In this document: piece by piece, positions 13,393 to 25,102 of the stretch
Numbering within the stretch: position 1 is the first letter of the stretch
Layout of the letters: the number at the start of each line of letters is the position of its first letter
DNA from: Chiloscyllium plagiosum
Taxonomy: Eukaryota
Length of the DNA: 64,000 bases
Direction: 5' to 3'
Assembly (NCBI RefSeq): GCF_004010195.1
Contig: NC_057719.1
Span: forward strand, 11,848,002 to 11,912,001
The notes under the pieces: generated by a model
Seen by the model: the letters and a program-made list of their open reading frames with translations, nothing else
The model's database searches: none
What the model was told of the DNA's origin: nothing
Position numbers and translations under genes: made by a program

Positions 13393-14438
13393 TTGCATGA
13401 CCACACCAGCTTATGTCCAGTGTTGTCCATGAACTGTGAACTTGTATAGCTCATGTAGCCTTCTTTTTTGTTCGTTGAAGGTACCACTTTAAAAGTAGCT
13501 AGCAGCAAGATTTGCCCTTAAACAAGATAAAGGTTAGTTTATTACCTAACCATTGCTGAAATTTGCTAAGCTTAAAAAAAGTGATAGTTATTAGTTAAAC
13601 CAGAGATTAACAAAGATTAAAAGTATGTACTGTACTGATAAAAGATAGCTATAAAGATGCAAGTAAGATTCTGGCAGGCCTGTTACTTTGGAATTTTGTC
13701 TTTGGGCTGAGGGGGGATTGAAAACTTGAAGTTGGAATTCAGCAACTGTGAAGGCTTCTGTGGTTGAAAAGTTATAGGTTTCTCCCACAAATGCACTAAG
13801 CAGAACAATTTCTCGAGATAGCATAGGCCCAACAAATTCAACCTTTCCTCATGACACAAGACCAGCTTCTTGGAGGCAGTGAGGTGACCTTTTTGTTTAA
13901 AATTTACAGCACTGCAACATCTGGCCCTTAGTCGCTTGATTCAATATAACAGTCATTTAGCTGGGTTGCTTTTTCCCCTGTGCTCCCTTGGGCTGAGAAC
14001 TGTCTTTCTCTGATAATGTCTGAGTTCTTGGAGATCTGACAAAATAGTGCCTCATCATCTGTTTTACATAGATCAGTACTTGATATGGCTGCTATGTTAA
14101 TTTTCATGAATCCTTATTTGACAAAGAGAAGTCAATTATGTTCGAATTTCCTGTGTTGTCCTTCCAGTTTCCTGTTTTCTCAGAAGCGTTGAAATTTCAT
14201 GTACTTTAGCAGGACCCATTGTGTTGTCCCAGGATCAACCAAATTCTAAATGTCTCCCTTTGTGACTGATGCTAACATAATACAACAGTCTTTTTTGGTT
14301 GTCAACGAACCAATGAGATAATCATGTGACTTCTGGGAACCACCATGTAAGGTAGTTCATCCATGCTAAAACTTAAAGGGTCACACAGCAGGTTAACCAT
14401 CTTTACTAAATTAACATTGTAATTAGATAGTCATGACA
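13393..14438 (-). mobile_element. Probable solo LTR (about 1.05 kb)
   Basis: Interrupts the L2 phrase ttttaaggagt|gt-ttaaag. Ends are near-inverted (ttgcatgac...gtcatgaca), flanks AGTT/AGTG are TSD-like, and there is a TTTATT near 13538. Confidence 0.55.
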
Positions 14439-14847
14439 AGTGTTTTAAAGAAGATAGATGGGTGGTGAGGTTTAGGAAGGAAATTATACATCTTAGGGCC
14501 TCATCTTCAAAAGGGCAATAATAGAACATTTTAAACTGAGGGATGCACAAGAGTTCAGGATAGTGGAGCGCAGATATCTTTGTGGGTTGTGGAGTTGGAG
14601 GAGATTGCAAAGATAGGGAGAGTTGAAGACATGGAGGGATTGTAAATCAAGGATGAATATTTTTAAATCAAGATGTTGCTTGACCAAGTACTAGTACAGG
14701 TCAGTAAGCACAAGGGTCATAGAAGAATGGGATATGGTATGAGGCAGGACAAAGGCAGCAATGCTTCAGATGACCACAGATTTACAGAGGGTAGAATGTG
14801 GAGACCATCCATGCATTGGAAAAGACAAGTCTGGAGGTGACAAACAG

Positions 14848-15436
14848 TCATAGACTCATAGAGATGTTCAGTATGGAAACAGACCCTTCGGTCCAACTTG
14901 TCCATGCCGACCAGATATCCCAACCCAATCCAGTCCCACCTGCCAGCAACCAGCCCATATCCCTCCAAACCCTTCATATACCCATCCAGATGCCTTTTAA
15001 ATGTTGCAATTGTACCAGCCTCCACCACTTCCTCTGGCAGCTCATTCCATGCACATACCACCCTCTGCGTGAGAAAGTTGCCCCTTAGGTCACTTTTTAT
15101 ATCTTTCCCCTCTCACCCTAAACCTATGCCCTCTAGTTCTGGACTGCCCCACACCAGGGAAAAAACTTTGTCTACTTATCCTTTCCATGCCCCTCATGAT
15201 TTTATAAACCTCTATAAGGTCACCCCTCAGCCTCCGACGCTCCAGAGAAAACAGCCCCAGCCTATTAATCCTCTCCCTATAGCTCAAATCCTCCAACCCT
15301 GGCAACATCCTTGTAAGTCTTTTCTGAACCCTTTCAAGTTTCACAACATCCTTCCGATAGGAGGAGACCAGAATTGCACGCAATATTCCGAAAGTGGCCT
15401 AACCAATGTCCTGTACAGCCGTAACATGACTTCCCA
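14848..15436 (-). mobile_element. CR1 LINE 3' end
   Basis: Minus-strand KDVVKLERVQKR...RTRGHRFRVRG, with a catagactcatagag tail. Confidence 0.9.
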
Positions 15437-15771
15437 ATAAAGGCATGGATAAGGGGTTTCAGCAGCAGATGAGATGAGGAAGACGTGAAATTAGTTGAGC
15501 GACGTTATACAGGTGGAAATAAGAATCTAGCAGTCATAGCTCAATACTTATTTCGGGGATGAATATGACACCAAGACTACATATGTGCTGGTTTAGCCTC
15601 AGGCAGTTGCCAAGGTCTGTGGTAGTAAATAGAGACCTGAATGATAGTAATGGCTTTGATCTTCCCAAATTTAATGGGAGTTAACTTTTGGCCGTTCAAT
15701 ACTGACGTTGGACAAGCAAAGTAATGCTTTAGAGGGAATGGTGGTAAGGTAGAGCTGGACCTCATCAGTAC

Positions 15772-16367
15772 TGTGACAGAACTATGGCTTTAAGAAGCGT
15801 ATGTTGTCCTTTTTTTAATAAAGAAAGATTGAGACAAAGGTTAGAGCAGTCTGCTCAAAGCCAATTCAGTAAACACCCTGTGAGGCATTGGATTCTTTTT
15901 TAAAATTGGAACAATACAAGCAGCCTGAATGGGTGGGATCAAGCTCCCACAGAACCCGGATTTTTAGTTTTAGTTTTCAGCAGTTGCTGGTGTCCTGAAG
16001 CTAGATGTGGAAGCTCTTATTCCTCACTCTATTGCAGTTAAAACTGGGGTTCTGTTCCTGCTGCTAGAATTGTATGTGAAACTATCTATTTTACTGAATT
16101 TGCCTTTGCCAAGAGTGTTTATGGGATGTTACTATATTGGAACAGTTAGTTAGAAGTTAATACAGAGTAGTTAAAAGATATTTTTGTCTGTATTTTAACT
16201 GTAGTGTAAAACCAAAAGTAGTGTGTTTTGCTTAAAGTCGAGTAGCTTGACCAATCGAATTACATCTGGAATGCAATGCCTAATACTTCCCTTTAAAATA
16301 AGAAAAAGTTAGGGTCTAGGCTATCTCCTTTAACATACTTTGAGGGGGTTTTGTCTGATCCATAAAA
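15772..16367 (+). repeat. 5' LTR of the Gypsy element, followed by a decayed tRNA-Pro-like PBS (TGGGGACACTTGTTGGAAT, 16371-16389)
   Basis: Collinear with 23481-24123 (gcagcctgaatg, tgtggaagctcttattcctc, ctatttttactgaatttgcctttgcc, agggtctaggctatct). The PBS resembles TGGGGGCTCGTCCGGGAT. Confidence 0.85.
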
Positions 16368-17028
16368 GACTGGGGACACTTGTTGGAATCAAAATCTCTA
16401 ATTTCAGGTTGGGTTTAGGATTATTGGATTCAAGGACAATGAGTATTGAGTGTTGGTGTTCTCTTTTTGGATGTTGAATTTAGTGGGTTTAAATAAAGTG
16501 TGCATTGTGCAGGAATGGCTCTTTCAATGACTAAGAATTTTCTGGAGGTGAAAGAAGTGACTTCAGGGGTTTTATAGAAAGTGAACAAGTCAAAGAAGTT
16601 GGAATCGGCAGATAAGCTGGAGTTGGGGTTGCCTTTGTGCAAAAAGGGGAAGTAATTGCAGGAATAGCTCAATATTTACAATGCCAAAAATATCATTGGA
16701 ATCTTTGGAAATAGCTGAAATTCAATTGCAACTGAAGCAGCTTGAATATGAAAAGGAAATGAAACAGTTTGAATTACGATTGAAAGCAGAAAGACAGAAT
16801 AGCTCTAGCAGAGGGGTGAAAAAAAGTAAGGCCCCTAGCAGAAGAAAGGGAGTTTTTGAATTTCAGATGTTGGAACTGAAGATGACTTAAAATGGTGGAG
16901 ATAGAAAGGAAAGGTCGGAGTAGTGATGAAGATAGTGATGGAGAGCAATCCCATCGTAGCCAGATGGGATCCCTGGTGGGATCTTTTTCAACATGTCAAA
17001 GCATTGACAAAGTTTGATAAGAAGGATG

Positions 17029-17078
17029 AAGGGCTTATGCCCGAAACGTCGATTCTCCTGCTCCTTGGATGCTGCCTG
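17029..17078 (+). mobile_element. 50-bp Penelope-like micro-insertion in the Gypsy gag
   Basis: aagggcttatgcccgaaacgtcg...gctgcctg flanked by AGAAGGATG (17020-17028 and 17079-17087). Removing it restores LTKFDKKDVEAFF. Confidence 0.85.
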
Positions 17079-18672
17079 AGAAGGATGTAGAAGCCTTTTT
17101 CATTTCATTTGAGGAAATGGCTAAACAAATAAGCATGTGGATGTCGTTGATTCAAACAAAGTTGGTAGATAGAGCTAGTGAGGTTGTAGCATCATTATCA
17201 GAGGAAGTATCTGGGGAGTATGATGGGGTGAAAAAAATCCATCTTAAGTGAATTCAACCTGGTACCAGAAGTCCACAGACAACATTTTAGGAATCTAAGG
17301 AGGGAACATGGTCAAACATTCATTGAGTTCATTCCATTCATTGAAAGGATCAAAGTAATTTTGATCGGTGGATAAGGGCATTGAAGATAGATCAAACATG
17401 AGAAATGATTATTTTGGATGATTCACTTCCTGAAGTAGTGAGAACTCATGTAGAAGAGCAGAGAGTTAAAACTGCAAGATCAACAGCTGAAATGGCAGAT
17501 GATTATGATTTGGTTCATAAATTTGGCTCCAACATCAATTTCAATCTGTGACGGATAGAAACTGGGGAAAAGAGAAACCCTCAGATGGTAAGGAAAAAGG
17601 AGATCTCACTGAAGACAGTAAAGATATTTTGCCGTAGGGTAAAAAGGAAATCTTCAAGGGGGAAAGAGAAATAAAAAAGCTCTGGTGTTTTCACTGTAAT
17701 AAAGTAAGCCACATGAAGTCGCAGCATTGATGGTTTAGAAAAAGCACTGGGAAGACATATGGGAAAACAGGATAAGCCAGTGATTTTTGTTGAAGTGGTA
17801 AAGAACAGCACGGTGGAAGCTAAAAAACTGCAAAAGAATGCACAACCTGATTAGGGGTTGGTTGAGAAGAAAGCGCAAGATCTCTCTAAAAATTTACTTG
17901 CATGGGTAAGCTTTATTCATGTATGTCAGAAGGAGCATTAAAAATTAAGATTTTAAGAGATGTCGTAGCAAGGCAATCTTTGGTGAGAAATGAGGAGGTA
18001 TGTAATTCAGAAGGAATATTGCCAGAGAAAGTGGTAATATGTGGAATTCATAGTGAGAAGACGAGTGTTCCATTATATAAAGTGAAGTGGTGGTAGGAGT
18101 AATAGAGAAATTCTCGGTTCCAGAAATTCAGTTTATCCTTGGTAATGATACAGTTGGATCACAGGTGGGAGTGATTTTTACTGTGGTTGAAAAGCCAGTG
18201 GAAAATCAGGCAACTGAAGTGTGACAGGAAGTATATCCACAAAAATGAAGTTTCGATGAGGAAATGGAGACCATCACATAATCAGGCGGATGGGAAATGG
18301 GCAGAAGTTTATCAAAGTGTATTACCGATGGGTTGCAGAAGTGAGGTGTTGCAGGTAGCACATGAGTTACCATTAGGAGTTCATTTGGGAATAAGGAAAA
18401 CTCAAGCTAAACTACAAAAAGATTTTTATTGGCCTGGACTGCATAAGGATGTGATTGACTTTTGCCAAACATGTCATACCTCTAAGGTAATTGGAAACCT
18501 CAGGTAGTCTTAATACCTATTCCCACATTTGAGGAACCTTTTCTAAGAGTCTTAATTGATTTCAAAGGACCCCTATCTAAAACAAAAAGTGGGATCAGTA
18601 TTGTTGACCAATACTAGGTGTGTCTACTAGATTTCCAGAGGCCATTCCATTAAGCAGTATTATGGCTCAAAG

Positions 18673-18974
18673 GATTAGATTAGATTAGATTTCCTACAGT
18701 GTGGAAACAGGCCCTTCAGCCCAACCAGTCCACACCGACTCTCCGAAGAGAGATCCACCCCCCTTTGACTAATGCACCTAGCATCATGGGCAATTTAGCA
18801 TGGCCAATTCACCTGACCTGCACATCTTTGGACTGTGGGAGTAAACCGGAGCACCCGGAGGAAACCCATGCAGACACTGGGAGAATGTGCAAACTCCTTA
18901 CAGACAGTTGCGTGAAGCTGGAATTGAACCTGGGACCCTGGTGCTGTGAGGCAGCAGTGCGAGCCACTGTGCCG
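18673..18974 (-). mobile_element. HE1-like tRNA-derived V-SINE
   Basis: tRNA-like head, V-domain (gagtttgcacattctcc...ggtttcctccgggtgctccggttt), CR1-like tail and (atcta)n. Confidence 0.88.
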
Positions 18975-19958
18975 AAGAAGAGTTACTCAAATTTTTTACT
19001 AGATATGGACTACCCACAGAAATACAATCGGATAAGTGTGAGATTTTACATCAAAATTATTCAAGAAAGTTATTGATAGTTTAGGAATAAAACAATGCAA
19101 ATCAATTGTATATCATTCAGAATCACAAACAGCATTATAACAGTGGCATAAAACTTTAAAGATCATGTTGAGGGCTTGTCGTCAAGACTACTCAAAGGAT
19201 TGGGATAACGGAATTCCATTTGTACTTTTTACAATTAGGAATGCACCTAATTAATCAATTAAATTCAGTCTATTTGAATTAGGTTTTGGGCCTGTGGTGA
19301 GGAGACCACTGAAATTAATTAAGGAGAAATTAGTGAGTCAGAGTTCAGAAACTACATAGTTGGACTATGTGTCAAATTTTAGGGAAAGATGAAATAGAGC
19401 TGTTAAGTTGGATAGATAGCATATAATGAAATGGGAAGCAGACTAAAAATCAAAAATTTGTAATTTTGCTAGCGATAAAGATTTAGTGTTATTAGCAATG
19501 GTAGGTGAACTTTTAAAGGCAAAGATTAGTGGGTCTTATCAAATGGAAAGAAAATTGAGTGAGGTGAATTATAGAGAATGTCATGTGAGTATGTTCAAAG
19601 GGTATTTTGGTAGGGAAGGAAAGCAAAATGAGAATGTGTTACTGGTTACAACACAGTGAAGAACCAAGTTCAAATTGACTGATAAGATTGATAAGTCTCC
19701 AGGGCCAGACCAGATTTATCCTAGGCTGCTCCGGGAAGCAAGAAAGGAGGTTGCTAAACTGCTGTCAAGGATATTTGTCTCCTCACTCTCCACGGGAGTC
19801 ATACTAGAGGATTGGAAAGAGGCGAATGTTGTTTCTCTTTTCAAGAAGGGTAAAAGGGAAATCACTGGCAATTATAGACCAGTTAGTCTTAGGTCTGTGG
19901 TCAGCAAAGTTTTGGAAAGAATTCTGAGGGATAGGATTTATGACTATTTGGCAAAGCA

Positions 19959-20197
19959 GTGATAGTTTCGGTGATAGAAAGAAGTGAAACTATCATTCTA
20001 ACAGATGAAAGGCTTAACAGACAATCAATTTTTCAATGTATAATTTCAGTTACATCACACTGCAAATTTTTGCTATAAATTCTGTGTTACAATCGAGCCC
20101 TCCACAATCACCTGATGAAGGAGCATCGCTCCGAAAGCTAGTGTGCTTCCAATTAAACGTGTTGGACTATAACCCGGTGTTGTGATTTTTTTTTTAA
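19959..20197 (+). mobile_element. Penelope-like terminal repeat (family C) with a short inverted head
   Basis: gtgatagtttc / gaaactatcat inverted start and a hammerhead-like core. A reverse-complement homologue lies at 47363-47650. Confidence 0.7.
20109..20143 (+). ncRNA. Minimal hammerhead-ribozyme motif (family C)
   Basis: CAC-CTGATGA-A-GGAGC-ATC-GCTCC-GAAA-GC-TA-GTG: intact core, 5-bp stem II, palindromic AGCT stem III, CAC/GTG stem I. Confidence 0.7.
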
Positions 20198-20223
20198 ATA
20201 ATGAGAGGAATAGATAGAGTCAA

Positions 20224-20524
20224 TTAGATTACTTACAGTGTGGAAACAGGCCCTTCAGCCCAAAAGTCAACACTGACCCTCCGAAGAGCAACCCACCCAG
20301 ACCCATTCCCCTACACCTAACACTATGGTGTAATTTAGCATGGTCAATTCACCTGACCTGCACATTTTTGGACTGTGGAAGGAAACCGGAGCACCCGGAG
20401 GAAACCTACACAGACACAGGAAGAATGTGCAAACTCCACACAGACGGTTGCCCGAGGCAGGAATTGAACCTAGGTCTCTGGCACTGTGAGGCAGCAGTGC
20501 TAACCACTGTGCCACCATGCCGCC
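20224..20524 (-). mobile_element. HE1-like V-SINE
   Basis: Minus-strand GGCGGCATGGTGGCACAGTGGTTAGCACTGCTGCCTCAC A-box head, GGTTCAATTCC B-box and V-domain. Confidence 0.9.
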
Positions 20525-21275
20525 CAGAGACTTTTCCCCAGGGCAAGTACGAGAAGTCATAGTTTGAAGATATTAGGAGGAAGGTACAAAGGAGACGTCA
20601 AAGGTAGATTTTTTACACAGAGTTGTGAATGCATGGAATGCGTTACCAGCGGTGGTGGTAGAAGCAGAATCATTGGGGACATTTAAGCGACTGCTGGACA
20701 TGCACATGGATAGCAGTGAGTTGAGGGGTACATAGGTTGTTACTATATTTTACATTAGGATTAAATCTCGCACAACATCGTGGGCCAAAGGGCCTATTCT
20801 GTGCTGTACTTTTCTATGTTCTAAATTATTCTGAACTGGACATTGCTCAAATTAAATCAAACAATGAGAAAGTTCTCAAAACATTTGATAAATTATTGAG
20901 TAACCTTAGAGAAAAATCAAATGACCTGAAGGAGTTATTACAATCACATCGGGAAATATGTGGGAATAAGTTGGGAAGTACTAATCTGATTATGATGTAG
21001 ATATAGGAAATGCTGTTCCAATTAAATTATAAACTTAACCCTCTAAAGTTGGCACAAGTTCAAAAAGAGATTGAAGGCATACTCAAAGACAATATAATCG
21101 AAGTGAGTTGCAGTAAATGGATCTCACCTATAGTAATGGTGCCAAAACCAGATGATACCCAAAGATTATGTGTGGATTATCGCAAAGTCAATGCAGTTAT
21201 AAAATCTGATTCATATCCTATTTGGAAAACTGTATTGAGAATGTGGGACAAGTAACCTATTTTAGAGTTGGAGTT

Positions 21276-21610
21276 AGAACATAGAACATAGAAGAATACA
21301 GCGCAGTACAGGCCCTTTGGCCCTCGATGTTGAGCCGATCCAAGCCCACCTAACCTACACTAGCCCACTATCCTCCATATGCCTATCCAATGCCCGCTTA
21401 AATGCCAATAAAGAGGGAGAGTCCACCACTGCTACTGGCAGGGCATTCCATGAACTCACGACTCGCTGAGTAAAGAACCTACCCCTAACATCTGTCCTAT
21501 ACCTACCACCCCTTAATTTAAAGCTAAGCCCCCTCGTAATAGCTGACTCAATACGTGGAAAAAGGTTCTCACGGTCAACCATATCTAAACCCCTAATCAT
21601 CTTGTACACC
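21276..21610 (-). mobile_element. CR1 3' end inserted in the Gypsy RT
   Basis: YKMIRGLD...TRG-SFKLRGGR and an (agaacat)n tail. Confidence 0.88.
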
Positions 21611-21729
21611 TTGCTAGTATCCTCTGTTACTCAGAGGATACTAGCAGGCACATTTATCTGAAAGAGCAAAGGAAATGTCAGCTTTCATGATGCTGAATGA
21701 ACTGTACCAGTTTTAAGTCATGCCCTTTG

Positions 21730-22420
21730 AATTGATTTGAATTTAGTGTCACGTGTACTGAGGCACAGTGAAAAGCTTTGTGTTGCGAGTAATACAGGCA
21801 GATCACATAGTGAAATAGCATAGATAGTAAATAATAGGTAAACAGCGGCAAAAACAAAAACACAAGTACAGACAAATGCTAAGAGTTTGTGAGTCCATTC
21901 AGTATTCTATCAACAGTAGGGTGAAAATGATTTCAAAACAAGCTAGTGTGGGTGTTCAGGCTTCTGTACTTTCTCCCCAGTGATGGAGGTTATAGAAAAG
22001 CATTGCTAGGGTGGGATGGATCTTTGAGAATGCTGGCAACCTTTCCTTGACAGCGGGCCTGGTAAATGGATTCTATAGATGGGAGGTTGGCCTTTGTGAT
22101 TGTCCGGGCCAAGTTCACCACTCTCTGTAACTGCCTCCGATCTTGAATGCTACAGTTGCCATACCAGGTAGTGATACATCCAGACAGAATGCTCTCGATG
22201 GCGCACCTATAAATGTTGGCAAGGATATTCATCGTCATGCCAAATTTTCTCAGCTGCCTGAGGAAGAGGAGACATTGTTGGGCCTTTGTAACCAGTGCAT
22301 CCACAAGGAGAGTCCAAGAAAACTTGTTGTGGATGACCACTCCCAGGAGTATGACACTCTCCACTCGTACCACCTCTGTACTGTTAATGTGTGTGTTTGT
22401 CTGTGTGTGTGTGTGTGGGG
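21730..22420 (-). mobile_element. Rex1-like LINE 3' fragment, with a (TG)n tract at its 5' junction
   Basis: KAQQCL-FLRQLRKFG...YRCAIESILSGCITTWYGNCS...KDPSHP. Confidence 0.8.
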
Positions 22421-23480
22421 GGGAGGGGAGGGTGTGGATGAGATATATCCCACCTAAAGTCAGCCACATTTCACAGACTAACCAATCAAGTCATTTCAGG
22501 GTTACCCAGTTATGTGGCGTACATCGACAATCTGGTGATTTTTAGTCACACATGAAAGAAACACTTGGAGCACCTATTGGATTTGTTTCATCAACTTTGG
22601 CAGGCATGCTTGTTGATAAACTTGGCCATGAGTTAGTTCGCAAAAACCCAAGTCACGTTCATGGGCCATGTCATTGGACATGGACAAATGGCCCCAAGGA
22701 TGTGAAAAGAGAAGCTACTGGGGCGTTTTCCTCATTGATGAGAGGGAAGCACTATAATTGCTGGGACTGTATGGTTGTTATCAGAAGTTTGTATTGGATT
22801 TTAGCAGTGTATTGCTCCACTGACTGACTTATTGAAGAAGTGCAGAAAATTTCAGTGGACAAAAGAATGTCAGAAGTCATTTAACAGTCTGAAAGTTGTG
22901 TTAACCACTGCCCCAGTGTTAGCCATACCTCATTAGGCAAAGCCATTCAAAGTGACTATTGAGTCAAGTGATGTAGGTCTCAGTGCTGTACTCTTGCAAG
23001 AAGATAGAAAAACTTATTGGGTATCTTTCCAGAAAACTGAATAATAATCAACAGAAGTATTCTATAATTGAGAAGGAGACTGAATTTGGTGTTGGCTTTA
23101 CAACATTTATATTGCCAGTAATGAGTCTGAGACTGTTGTGTATACTGATCATGATGCCTTAAAATGTTTGGAAAAATTTAAGGATAAAATTTCCAGACTG
23201 TTTAGATGAAACTTATTATTGAAGCCATTCAATTTGAAAATTATACATGTGGCAGGATGAGAGAACATAATTGCTGACATGCTGTTGTGACTTTGATGAA
23301 GGAACTCGGAAGCATTTAGTAGCAGAAAAAAAAGGACTGAAATTAACTATAGGAGTGAATTTTTGAATGCTTAGAGTCAATGTAATGTATTTGTATTGTA
23401 GCATACTAATATCAAAAGACTAAAGGTTTTTAAAAATGAAGCCATCTTTCTATATTGATAGTTCACTTTAAGAGTGGAGG

Positions 23481-24123
23481 TGTGACAACACTGTGGCTTT
23501 AAGAGATCTATTTTGACCTGGTTCTTTTCTGAAGAAAGGTTGAGACGGACATGTTAAATGATCTGTTACAAGCCAATAAAGTAAACAGCTCGTGAGGCCT
23601 TGCTTTTTTGAAAGTTGAAACAATAGAAGCAGCCTGAATGAGTGGGGCCAAGATCCACAGAACCAGGTTTTTTGGTTTAGCTTTCAGCAGTTGTTGGGGC
23701 CTTGAAGATGGATGTGGAAGCTCTTATTCCTCTCTCTGTTACAGCTAAAAGGTGGGGTTCTCTTTTTGCTGCTAGAATTGCATGTGAGACAATCTATTTT
23801 ACTGAATTTGCCTTTGCCCAGGGTATATTTATGGGATGTTACAATATTGGAACAGTTAATTAGTAGTAGTTAATACATATGTATAATTTTGTTAAGCATT
23901 TTGATAAACAGTTAAGCCAATTCTTTAATTTTACTTTTTATTTTGTCTGTATTTTAACTGTAGTGTAAAAATGAAAGTAGTGTGTTTTGCATAGTGTCAA
24001 GTAGTTTGGCCAATCGGATTACATCTGGAACGCAACACCTTAAGCTTATCTTTAGTATATAAAAAAAAAATCAGGGTCTAGGCTATCTTCTTAATATATT
24101 TTAAGGGAGTTTGGTCCATGACA
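23481..24123 (+). repeat. 3' LTR of the Gypsy element, preceded by a polypurine tract (aagagtggagg, 23470-23480)
   Basis: TGTGACA...TGACA termini, homologous to the 5' LTR. Confidence 0.88.
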
Positions 24124-24828
24124 GTATACATGTGCACACTCTTGTCATAGGAAGCACTCTCCTGTTTTACCCTGTAACACTTTGCTAGGCCTTATGTAGG
24201 TCTAATGTAGATGGAGGCCCAGACCTTACACTGCCTTTGATATGCAGAACACATTTACGATTTGGGTCTTCAGGGATCACTGGCAAAGCAAACTTTCTCT
24301 CTGTTAATAATATCAGATCTGCTCACTGCCATCACCCTCTCTTCACCTGTTACTAAGCCCTTTATGTGTGATCTATCCTGCTTACTGGATTCCCTGGGAT
24401 TTCTCTGCTCTCCCACTCTCCTGTAGAAAGCTTCCATTTGTGGATCAATGCTTGAAGAGGGGAAAGAGCAGGGGAGCATGATTAAATGAGATAACTCTGT
24501 CGAAGGGCCAGCACTGTCACAATGGGCCAAAGGCTGTCCTTCCAAGCTGAGGTTCTGTTTTAAATCTTGAGGTTTGGAACAACCTTGAGGCCATGGAGAA
24601 GGAAAATGACATTTCCGGATTGTTTGTCGACTGATTAACTGATGGACTTTGTTCCAGTTCCAAGTCACTCTGTTGCAAGATTGATTGTATTACTTTCTTC
24701 TCCTTGCTGGAGTTATTCCAGAATTAAAATATTGAAAGGATGGCATGAGCAAGACTCCAGTCGATGCCTCGAACCCTTGCTGTAGAATGTGTTTTTCCAG
24801 GGCTGAGGTAGTTAGGGCAATCCTGGTG

Positions 24829-24896
24829 TGGAAGGGAGTTCCAGGTGAAGACAAAAGGATCCTGGAAGGGAGTTCCAGGTGAAGACAAAGGGATTC
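24829..24896 (+). repeat. 34-bp tandem duplication
   Basis: tggaagggagttccaggtgaagacaaaaggatcc followed by tggaagggagttccaggtgaagacaaagggattc. Confidence 0.9.
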
Positions 24897-25102
24897 TAGA
24901 ATATGTGTTTACAGATATATAAATGAGAATATTGTGTTCCTAGTAAAATAGTTTGTCACATGAAATCCATATGCAGTATCACTTGCTGCTCACAAACATG
25001 TGTGTTCACCAGATGTTGAAAATACTCAATGTGCTGTTCCAGATGGTGAACCTGATATTCTGCACAGGGCTGTGTATCAAATAAACTACGACCAGTGTCA
25101 AC

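Larger units (their letters stand above)
13295..15771 (-). mobile_element. L2-like LINE remnant, fragmented by a solo LTR, a CR1 and the Gypsy element; continues briefly at 24124
   Basis: L2 3' signature at 13300-13392 and 14440-14700. Joining 15748-15771 to 24128-24133 gives a minus-strand H-M-Y-(T)-D-(E)-V-Q-L-Y, a decayed YADDTQLY. Confidence 0.7.
19676..20826 (+). mobile_element. CR1 LINE, internally deleted, carrying a Penelope-like repeat and an HE1-like SINE
   Basis: DKSPGPDQIYPRLL...NYRPVSL at 19690-19960 and a 3' end at 20525-20822. AAATT on both flanks. Confidence 0.8.
15772..24123 (+). mobile_element. Full-length decayed Gmr1-like Ty3/Gypsy LTR retrotransposon (gag/SCAN-CCHC, PR, IN, RT, RNase H) with nested insertions
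   Basis: Paired LTRs start TGTGACA; TSD-like GTAC/GTAT. Gag: KFD-KDVEAFF..FE. CCHC at 17686-17727. PR: ILRD near 17950. IN: H-x6-HLG...FYWPG...CxxC at 18350-18480. RT: SPIVMVPKPD..RLCVDYRKVN near 21120 and YIDN at 22520. RNase H: KPF..SDVG..AVLLQ and YSIIEKE at 22940-23080. Confidence 0.9.

Noticed and set aside
20440..20524. tRNA-like sequences (also about 18900-18974, 26139-26210, 44173-44260)
   Set aside because: These are SINE heads with A/B boxes followed by SINE bodies, not full cloverleaf tRNA genes.
24829..24896. 34-bp direct repeats as a CRISPR-like array
   Set aside because: Only two adjacent units with no spacer, in a eukaryotic context. A simple tandem duplication.
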